Notes under the pieces: model-generated
What the model was told of the DNA's origin: nothing
Database searches by the model: none
What the model saw: the letters and a program-made list of their open reading frames with translations, nothing else
Part shown: positions 56,935-64,000 of the stretch, piece by piece
Layout: each line of letters starts with the position of its first letter
Position numbering within the stretch: the stretch's first letter is position 1
Translations under genes and position numbers: made by a program
NCBI GenBank assembly: GCA_002897855.1
Contig: BDTO01000057.1
Location: 39,220-103,219, forward strand
Length of the DNA stretch: 64,000 nucleotides
Direction: 5' to 3'
Origin: a bacterium BMS3Bbin05
Lineage (GTDB): Bacteria > Nitrospirota > Thermodesulfovibrionia > Thermodesulfovibrionales > BMS3Bbin05

Positions 56935-57780
56935 TTACCTTGCAACCATTACGACACAATGTGCGCTCGCGATAACCCTTTCTGCTACACTACCAATCAG
57001 GAATTTTTTAAGACCGGTCCGTCCATGCGTGCCTACAACAATGAGATCCGCATTTTTAACCTGCGCAGTATTTATTATGGCCTCATAAGGCGTGCCAGTT
57101 ACAGCGATTGGTTCAACTTCTATTCCTTCTTTCCGCCCGATTTCTTTAACCGTCTTCAGATTTACTTCTGCCTCAGGCAGTTCGTCCTCTTTTGATACAA
57201 CAGATATAGCCATCACTGTGCTTCCACACCTCTTTGCGATGCTGATTGCTTCGGTTACCGCCTTTTTGCTGTGCTCTGAACCATCGGTCGCTATAAGTAT
57301 TTTTTCGCATGAAAGTTCAGCCGTCCTTGGCACGACAAATACATCACAGGGCGCATTGCCAACCACAAGGGCGGTAACACTTCCCATCATCAACCTCTTT
57401 ATGCCCCTTCTTCCCCTTCGGCCCATAACTATAATGTCGGCATTAAGTTTCCCGGCTTCCTCCACGATATACTTATAAGTATCTTCACCCCTTCGTGATA
57501 GTATTTCACAGGATATTCCTTCATCCTGCGCGCGGCCCCTGATTTCCTCAACTATCTCACGAGTCTTCTTTTCCATCTTTTCTACAACATCCGGACCATA
57601 TGCCTCCAATGCAGGATTGGTCTCAACAACCGAAACAACATACAGCCTGCTGCTGCAATTTTTAGCAAACCTTATCGCCTCCCTCACCGCGCCCTCGCTG
57701 AACTCGGAGCCGTCAGAGGCAAGCAGGATTGTCTCAAGTTTCGCTATCGGACAGACCTCTCCGGCTGCCATATTAATCAC
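56935..57780 (-). CDS. Tandem-domain universal stress protein
   Basis: Two USP units each end in (V/M)G-x-(R/H)GR-x-G-x-(K)-x-(L)-(M/I)GSV(T/A)..V. The start overlaps the DUF1634 stop by 8 nt. Confidence 0.9.
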   Translation of the reverse strand: MINMAAGEVCPIAKLETILLASDGSEFSEGAVREAIRFAKNCSSRLYVVSVVETNPALEAYGPDVVEKMEKKTREIVEEIRGRAQDEGISCEILSRRGEDTYKYIVEEAGKLNADIIVMGRRGRRGIKRLMMGSVTALVVGNAPCDVFVVPRTAELSCEKILIATDGSEHSKKAVTEAISIAKRCGSTVMAISVVSKEDELPEAEVNLKTVKEIGRKEGIEVEPIAVTGTPYEAIINTAQVKNADLIVVGTHGRTGLKKFLIGSVAERVIASAHCVVMVAR

Positions 57781-58186
57781 CTCCTGAAATTATTCCGCTT
57801 GCCGCAAGCAGGAGAATAATTATCTGTATTGCTACGATCACAACAAATGGTGTATCTTTCTTTTTTATAAAGGTCGGGAGTATAGCCAGGAAACAGATCA
57901 GGGACGCAGCAGCAAGAATGACTATACCAAGAAAGCTGACCATATCGCCATTATGCAGGAGAGGCACCCAGTGCCATCCTGTCGGCATCCCGGTCTTCTC
58001 AATAAATTCATCGACCCTTAACCCCCACAAGCGGGGAATTTCATTGATCGGGATAGTCGTTGGGAGCACTTCAAAGACATAAACTATAAAGCTGACTATC
58101 AGGATCCCAAGACCCCCGAGGCCTACCTTCTGTAGAATTGTAGCGTATTCTAACTGCTCTTCCGACGGTTTTATTTTGTTGCTCAT
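57773..58186 (-). CDS. DUF1634-like small membrane protein
   Basis: Three to four TM helices. It sits directly after a TauE/SafE gene, the usual partner for this family. The family assignment is from memory. Confidence 0.65.
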   Translation of the reverse strand: MSNKIKPSEEQLEYATILQKVGLGGLGILIVSFIVYVFEVLPTTIPINEIPRLWGLRVDEFIEKTGMPTGWHWVPLLHNGDMVSFLGIVILAAASLICFLAILPTFIKKKDTPFVVIVAIQIIILLLAASGIISGGD

Positions 58187-58190
58187 TGTA

Positions 58191-59156
58191 TCACCTCCAG
58201 ATTCCCAGGCCCTTCAGCAATGCTCTCAGGCCTGCGAGAAAGAGAATACTGACCACTATCCATTTTACTGCCTTTGGTTTGGCCTTTGCCAGTACCCTGA
58301 CACCTATTCTTGTGCCAAGCATCATGCCCGCCACAGAAGGTACGGCAATAAGGGGTAGAACCGCCCCCTTGTTCACATATACCCATGCCGCAGCTGAATC
58401 GGTAATCGAAAGCAGAAATACGCTTGTTGCCACGGATATCTTAAGGGGAGCACCAAGAAGCAGGTTAAGAACCGGCACGTTAGCCCACCCTGCGCCAAGG
58501 CCGAACATGCCCGCCATAAATCCAATCAGGATAAAGAGTGAAAGCCCTAAAGGTGTCCTGTGGATCTGCCAGTTTATCTCCTTCCCCTGGGACTCCTCAT
58601 AATAGATGCCGCTTATTCTTAAAACCGACGACAGGGTATCAGCCTTTTTTACATCCGGGAAATCCGATCTCCTGGCCGTTGCCATGATTATAACTATCAT
58701 GATAATCGTACCGCCAAGTGCAGCCTGAACTACATTGGTGGGCAGAGCAAGGCCAACCATTGCGCCAAAAATAGAAAATGTGGAAGCGATCAGGGCCATT
58801 GGCAGAGCAAGTCGCAGATTTGCAAGACCTCGTCTTAAAAGTCCGGGACCTGCTGAAAGCGCCCCCGAAAGGGCAACCAGCAGACCGGCCCCCCTGACAA
58901 AATCAAGATTAAAGGGAAAGAAACTGCTTACAATGGGGACAAACAGGACACCCCCTCCTACTCCTGCTACAACAGCGAGAATACCCAGAAAAAATGTGAA
59001 TACAAAGAGTATAATCGGCCACATCCACCATGCAACGGCAGAACCCTGTCCTGCAGCCACAGCAGCCGTCTCCTCACAATAACCGATACTGCCCAAAAAC
59101 AGAGTTGCAGCAATTACGATAAATGCTGATAATAAAATCCGCAAACGTCGTGACAT
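58191..59156 (-). CDS. TauE/SafE (DUF81) family anion exporter with N-terminal signal-like extension
   Basis: A polytopic protein with GVGGGVLFVPI and a second-half repeat GLGAGWANVPVL. Confidence 0.8.
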   Translation of the reverse strand: MSRRLRILLSAFIVIAATLFLGSIGYCEETAAVAAGQGSAVAWWMWPIILFVFTFFLGILAVVAGVGGGVLFVPIVSSFFPFNLDFVRGAGLLVALSGALSAGPGLLRRGLANLRLALPMALIASTFSIFGAMVGLALPTNVVQAALGGTIIMIVIIMATARRSDFPDVKKADTLSSVLRISGIYYEESQGKEINWQIHRTPLGLSLFILIGFMAGMFGLGAGWANVPVLNLLLGAPLKISVATSVFLLSITDSAAAWVYVNKGAVLPLIAVPSVAGMMLGTRIGVRVLAKAKPKAVKWIVVSILFLAGLRALLKGLGIWR

Positions 59157-59462
59157 CTCAACTGCCTCCTTTAAAAAAACGACCGAAGTGTTTAGATATG
59201 CAACACCGGTATTACAAAATACAACCGGAAGTTATCTTACCCCCAATGGCCTGCCCGTGTCAATAAAAAGCCATTTTTTGTTTTAATGATTAACAAATAA
59301 ATACTTATAAGAGGTTGATCCATTAACAGAATACAAAAAAATGTCATTCTGAACCCTTCGGCTACAGTCATTCCGAGCGGGGTGAAGAATCTCTCCTTTT
59401 CGCTTCTTTCCGCTCAGGACAGGTTCCGCGAAGAATCTCTTCTTAACCCCTCCTTAGAGACA

Positions 59463-59639
59463 GGCTGTGTCACAATTCTGAAAACGCATATGATGTCATT
59501 CTGAATTTATTTCAGAATCTCGTATTTCCTACATGTTACGTTTTATATAGATACTGAAACAATATCCCGGGAGTTTTCGGGACATATGGTTCAGAGCCTG
59601 CCCTGAATTCATTTCAGGGATGACAATTGTGACACAGCC
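59463..59639. mobile_element. Repeat family 2, long unit with GGCTGTGTCACAATT / AATTGTGACACAGCC ends
   Basis: The ends are perfect inverted repeats. Further GTCATTC(T/C)GA modules precede it at 59342-59460. Confidence 0.65.
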
Positions 59640-59707
59640 TGTTGACCGGAGGGGTTATCCTGCTCAGGGTGACAAAATAAGTGTTTGTGCAAAAGACTTA
59701 TAATTAC

Positions 59708-61078
59708 TTATATCTTGAGGACATAATACCTCAACCAGACATAGATTGTAGATATAAGCACTGTTAGTATCATAACAGGCATTCCATACGCCATAAATTT
59801 TAAAAAGGATATCTTCTTCCCTGCCCTCTCGGCCATGCCAACCACGATTACATTTGCAGATGCCCCGATGGCCGTTCCATTACCACCAAGACATGCGCCG
59901 AGAGAGAGAGACCACCAGAGGGGCATGAGTTGCGGATTATGGAGGAGGTTTGTACCGTGCAGGTGCGGCCAGATTACTTTAGCCATGTCGATGAGTAATG
60001 GATTCATTGTTGCAACATAGGGAATATTATCTACAAAAGCCGAGGCAAAGGCGGAAAACCACATAATGAGCATATTCGTTGCAAACATGTTATCGTGGGT
60101 AATGGCAAGGACCTTCAGGGACATCCACTTTATCAATCCGACCTTCACAACCCCGCCTATGATAATAAAGAGTCCTATAAAAAAGAATATTGTCGGCCAT
60201 TCCACCTCGGCAAGGACATGGTGAGGCTCTTTAGTGCCTGAAAGCAGCAGCAGCAGTCCCGCTCCAAACAGGGCCACCGTTGCCGGTTGATAGTTGAACT
60301 TTCCATGAAAGACAAAACCAATAAGTACCATCCCGAGTACAAAGAGAGACTTTTTCAGCATCAGGGGATCCTTTATCGCCTCCCTTTCATTCATCTCCAT
60401 AACCCTCTGTTTCAATTCAGGCCTGGCATGGAGTTTCTTACCAAATATCAGTTTCAGAACAAACAGAAAGGCAACCATTATAATAATAATTGCCGGCGTC
60501 AGGTTGTAAATAAAGTCCATGAAGTCAAGCTTTGCCTTGGAGGCGATCATGATATTTGGCGGGTCACCAATAAGTGTCGCGGTACCGCCGACGTTTGAGG
60601 CAAGCGCCTCGGCGATAAGAAAGGGTATGGCGTCAACCTCAAGGGCATTGGCAATCAGGAGTGTAACAGGGGCAAGGAGGAGAACAGTAGTAACATTATC
60701 AAGGAAGGCACTGAGCACAGCCGTGACAACAGCAAAAATAACCATGATCCTGAAGGGCTCTCCCCGTCCCAATTTGGCGCTCTTAATCGCTATATATTCA
60801 AAGAATCCTGTGGGCCGCATGAGATTTATTATGATCATCATCGAGATCAAAAGGAATATCACATTCCAGTCAATGCCGAATTCTTCAACATGAAATGCCT
60901 CATGCTGCTGGAGTATCTTCAGCACAAGCATCAGGGATGCCCCAACGATGGCAACAACTGTTTTGTGTATCTTCTCGGACACTATTAATGCATAGGCAAT
61001 TATAAATATAGCAGTGGCTGTCCAGAAGGTTGTATTCATTACAAAGGGCTGGGACGCAGTAACTGCCTCGTGCGTCAT
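59708..61078 (-). CDS. ArsB/NhaD-superfamily (CitMHS-type) permease, paralogue 1
   Basis: A 456-aa polytopic protein with LDNVTTVLLLAPV and GGTATLIGDPPNIMI. The substrate is unknown. Confidence 0.85.
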   Translation of the reverse strand: MTHEAVTASQPFVMNTTFWTATAIFIIAYALIVSEKIHKTVVAIVGASLMLVLKILQQHEAFHVEEFGIDWNVIFLLISMMIIINLMRPTGFFEYIAIKSAKLGRGEPFRIMVIFAVVTAVLSAFLDNVTTVLLLAPVTLLIANALEVDAIPFLIAEALASNVGGTATLIGDPPNIMIASKAKLDFMDFIYNLTPAIIIIMVAFLFVLKLIFGKKLHARPELKQRVMEMNEREAIKDPLMLKKSLFVLGMVLIGFVFHGKFNYQPATVALFGAGLLLLLSGTKEPHHVLAEVEWPTIFFFIGLFIIIGGVVKVGLIKWMSLKVLAITHDNMFATNMLIMWFSAFASAFVDNIPYVATMNPLLIDMAKVIWPHLHGTNLLHNPQLMPLWWSLSLGACLGGNGTAIGASANVIVVGMAERAGKKISFLKFMAYGMPVMILTVLISTIYVWLRYYVLKI

Positions 61079-61194
61079 TCGTTATCCTCCATTATATCCC
61101 TTGCCTTCACTTAGCCATCCAGGAATATTTGTGATTACAACATAAATTATTGCGTAAACTAACCGGTATAATAATCCAGGAGACTTATAATTAC

Positions 61195-62565
61195 TTATAT
61201 CTTGAGGACATAATACCTCAACCAGACATAGATTGTGGCAAGAATGACTGTAAGTATCATCACCGGCATACCGTAGGCCATAAACCTGATGAAAGATATC
61301 GGCTTCCCTGCCCTCTCCGACATGCCCACGATAATAACATTTGCCGATGCACCGATGGCAGTTCCATTGCCGCCGAGACATGCGCCAAGCGCCAGCGACC
61401 ACCAGACCGGCATGAGTTCGGGATTGTGGAGCAGTTTAATACCCTGAAGATGAGGCCATACCTGGTGAGCCATATCTATTATCAAAGGATTCATTGTGGC
61501 AACATAGGGAATATTATCTACAAAAGCAGATGCAAAGGCGGAAAACCACATTATAAGCATACTAGTACCAAACATATTACCATGTGTTACGGCAAGTACC
61601 TTGAGAGACATCCATTCTATAAGCCCGACCTTAACAACGCCTCCGATAATAATGAAGAGTCCCATAAAGAAAAATATCGTAGGCCATTCCACTTCTGCAA
61701 GATAGCGATGAGGATCATGAGTCCCTGAAAGCAGAAGAAGGAGTCCCGCCCCGAAAAGGGCTATTGTGGCAGGCTGATAATTCATCATGCCGTGAAACAT
61801 GAATCCGAGTGTAACAATGGCAAGTACAAAAAGGGATTTCTTGAGCATCAGGGGGTCCTTTATGGCCTCCCTTTCATCCATCTCCAGGACCCTCTGTTTC
61901 AGTTCGGGTTTGACCTTAAGCTTCTTGCCGAAGATAATTTTGAGAACAAAGAGGAAGGCAACCATGATTACTATGATTGCAGGGGCGAGGTTGATTATAA
62001 AGGACATAAAATCGAGCTTTGCCTTTGATGCGATCATGATATTGGGTGGGTCTCCGATCAGGGTAGCGGTCCCACCGATATTTGACGCAAGGGCCTCGGC
62101 AATCAGAAAAGGAATTGCATCAACTTCAAGGGCGTCGGCTATAAACAGGGTAACGGGCGCCAGTAAAAGTACCGTTGTCACATTGTCCAAAAAAGCGCTT
62201 AGCACCGCTGTTACTACAGCAAATATCACCATAATCCTGAAGGGCTCCCCCCGTCCCAATTTGGCGCTCTTAATCGCTATATATTCAAAGAATCCCGTAG
62301 GTCTCATGAGATTTATTATGATCATCATCGAGATCAAAAGGAAGATGACATTCCAGTCCACACCCAGCGCTTCAACATGGAATGCCTCACGCTGCTCAAG
62401 GATCTTCAGGACGAGCATCAGAGCAGCGCCAAATAAGGCAACTATAGTCTTATGTATCTTCTCGGATACAATGATGGCATAGGCAAGGATAAATATGATT
62501 GTCGCAGTCCAGAAGGTCGAATCCATCACAAATGGCTGTGCTGCTGTTGCTACTTCATTGGTCAT
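61195..62565 (-). CDS. ArsB/NhaD-superfamily (CitMHS-type) permease, paralogue 2
   Basis: Same length as paralogue 1 and collinear with it. Most residues are identical, including a run of about 70 identical residues. Confidence 0.85.
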   Translation of the reverse strand: MTNEVATAAQPFVMDSTFWTATIIFILAYAIIVSEKIHKTIVALFGAALMLVLKILEQREAFHVEALGVDWNVIFLLISMMIIINLMRPTGFFEYIAIKSAKLGRGEPFRIMVIFAVVTAVLSAFLDNVTTVLLLAPVTLFIADALEVDAIPFLIAEALASNIGGTATLIGDPPNIMIASKAKLDFMSFIINLAPAIIVIMVAFLFVLKIIFGKKLKVKPELKQRVLEMDEREAIKDPLMLKKSLFVLAIVTLGFMFHGMMNYQPATIALFGAGLLLLLSGTHDPHRYLAEVEWPTIFFFMGLFIIIGGVVKVGLIEWMSLKVLAVTHGNMFGTSMLIMWFSAFASAFVDNIPYVATMNPLIIDMAHQVWPHLQGIKLLHNPELMPVWWSLALGACLGGNGTAIGASANVIIVGMSERAGKPISFIRFMAYGMPVMILTVILATIYVWLRYYVLKI

Positions 62566-63044
62566 TATTTGCCATCCTTCTCAAGAAGCGCCTTTACAAT
62601 AGCGTAATAGAGATCCCGGACATACACTATGCCGATTACCTTTCCATCTTTATTTAATACAGGAATCCTCTGGAGATTATGTTTTACTACAAGATCGGCA
62701 CATCCCATAAGGGGGATATCTTCATCAACCGTTATTACTTCTCTTGTCATTATATCTTTCACTTCCTTACCGGCAACCTTCCGCGCCATCTCCTCAAGCA
62801 TGCCGTCCCAGGTAAAATCACCAAGTTCCATCAATGACATATAGGAAGGTATGATTGCCTTGAGTATGTCTTTTATTGAAACTATACCTGCCAAATTGCC
62901 CTTATCGTCGAGTACTATCATACCCTTTACCCCGACCTTACTCTCGTTCCTCCTGGCTACCTGCATCAAATTCACTGTTTCCTTGAGGGTAGTATCGGTA
63001 GACAGACTATCCCTCACCGGCTCCATTATGTCTTTTGCTTTCAC
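62565..63044 (-). CDS. CBS-domain pair protein
   Basis: Two CBS motifs are present (...GIVSIKDILKAI, ...GIVYVRDLYYAI). The GTG start follows GGAGG, and the stop overlaps the permease start. Confidence 0.9.
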   Translation of the reverse strand: MKAKDIMEPVRDSLSTDTTLKETVNLMQVARRNESKVGVKGMIVLDDKGNLAGIVSIKDILKAIIPSYMSLMELGDFTWDGMLEEMARKVAGKEVKDIMTREVITVDEDIPLMGCADLVVKHNLQRIPVLNKDGKVIGIVYVRDLYYAIVKALLEKDGK

Positions 63045-63105
63045 TTTTTCCTCCAGAAAGTCATTATTATTGCAACACGGTTATTACATAACGCAACAAA
63101 ACGTT

Positions 63106-63135
63106 ATAATACTCACAGGAGTTTTGATTAGTCAA
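63106..63135 (-). promoter_or_regulatory. Candidate sigma-70 promoter TTGACT-N18-TATTAT for the CBS-permease operon
   Basis: The call is by pattern only, read on the minus strand. It would give a leader of about 60 nt. Confidence 0.3.
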
Positions 63136-63147
63136 TATAAATGAATT

Positions 63148-63176
63148 TTATATTTTAATAGAACATTAAAATATAA
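63148..63176. promoter_or_regulatory. AT-only inverted repeat TTATATTTTAAT-N5-ATTAAAATATAA
   Basis: 12-bp arms, located 13 bp upstream of the candidate -35. The sequence is low-complexity, so a chance match cannot be excluded. Confidence 0.3.
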
Positions 63177-63278
63177 TTATAAACACTTGTCCAGAATATA
63201 TAAAAAAATGGCTGGAGGCTGAAACAACACCGTAACCCTTTTCTTCCGCCTTCACCCCGTGTCCGTTTCAACAATCTG

Positions 63279-63896
63279 TCAGGCATACTTGATAACAATT
63301 CCTTCAAGTATATCGGCAATCTCTTCACAACGGTCAGTTGCGTGGACAAGGTTCTCAAGAATCTCTTTCCATTGAATAACGAACACGGGAGAATATCCGG
63401 ACTGGAACAACCGGCTGAGAGCCCGGCGGAATATCCCGTCTCCCTCATTCTCAAGGCGGTTAATCTCTATGCACAATTCCTGAACAAAAGAGTATTCTTT
63501 TGCCTTCAGGTAACCGATCGCCTTTTTTACCGCAACCGTGCAATTCTGAAGACAGTTAGAGAGTTCCACTGCATTTTCGAGCGGCTCCTGAATCTTATAT
63601 AGTACAACCCTGTCGGTGGCTGCCCAGATAAGGTCAAGGACATCATCGAGGCGGGATGCAAGGGAATAGATGTCCTCACGGTCAATCGGGGTCAGAAACG
63701 TACTGTTCAACTGTCTCATGATCTCGTGAGTTATCGTATCTCCGGCCTGCTCCAGTTCGTATATCTCGTTCCGCCGCTCATCAATCCTGTCAAACTGCGT
63801 AAAAAGCCTGATCAGACGGGCAGAGGCATGTATGAGGTTGTCCGATGCCCGGTCGAACGTTTCAAAAAAATCTACTTCCTTCGGAAATATACCCAT
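63279..63896 (-). CDS. DUF47 / PhoU-like (TIGR00153-type) protein
   Basis: FFETFDRASDNLIHA...LEQAGDTITHEIMRQLNSTFLTPIDREDI...RLENEGDGIFRRAL. The start is set at MGIFPKE. Confidence 0.8.
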   Translation of the reverse strand: MGIFPKEVDFFETFDRASDNLIHASARLIRLFTQFDRIDERRNEIYELEQAGDTITHEIMRQLNSTFLTPIDREDIYSLASRLDDVLDLIWAATDRVVLYKIQEPLENAVELSNCLQNCTVAVKKAIGYLKAKEYSFVQELCIEINRLENEGDGIFRRALSRLFQSGYSPVFVIQWKEILENLVHATDRCEEIADILEGIVIKYA

Positions 63897-64000
63897 GAAG
63901 AACCCCTGATAAATCAATTTCGTTCCGGAATCCAACTGACATTATTACAATTTATGGTACAGTCGGCATAATTTGGAAGTCAAGAAAGAGATATCGATTT

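Noticed and set aside
61082-61728. ORFs 61082-61402 (minus) and 61150-61728 (plus) in and around the gap between the permease paralogues
   Set aside because: They overlap the 3' part of paralogue 2 in other frames or on the other strand. Part of their sequence simply mirrors the duplicated 3' end. There is no independent support.

Overview
This is a gene-dense 64-kb bacterial chromosomal segment. It mixes housekeeping genes with many signal-transduction and transport genes, and small non-autonomous repeats are scattered through the intergenic regions. Gene content (multihaem cytochrome, FdhD, three sigma-54/NtrC-type components, a Geobacter-like pilB-pilT-pilC-pilS-pilR order) suggests an anaerobe of Desulfobacterota/Nitrospirota type. 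The lineage cannot be assigned from the sequence alone. From left to right the window holds: (1) the rpsP-KH-rimM ribosomal cluster; (2) a haloalkane dehalogenase and an ECF sigma operon ending in a catalytically degenerate signal peptidase I homologue; (3) hybrid histidine kinases, a CPA2 antiporter, and ribE-lepB-lepA; (4) tRNA-Leu(CAG) with a duplicated 3' end that brackets an 11-haem cytochrome gene; (5) a MerR / HEAT / HD-GYP trio just upstream of a type IV pilus ATPase/platform/regulator cluster that lacks a pilin gene; (6) fdhD, a UvrD-like helicase, birA-coaX and trkAH; (7) a sigma-54 two-component system with a well-formed -24/-12 promoter and a shared palindromic candidate enhancer site; (8) a 10-kb block of anion-type permeases (SLC13 with TrkA-C domains, two TauE/SafE, two tandem ArsB/NhaD paralogues) mixed with USP, CBS and DUF47 proteins. 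No CRISPR array, rRNA, prophage, transposase or recognisable defence system was seen. The best-supported new observations are a 145-bp MITE family with readable 4-bp target-site duplications, the ECF-linked pseudo-peptidase, the HEAT/HD-GYP paralogue pair next to a PilB carrying a c-di-GMP-binding (MshEN) motif, and the sigma-54 regulatory architecture. All functional calls rest on motif recognition by eye, and no database search was run.
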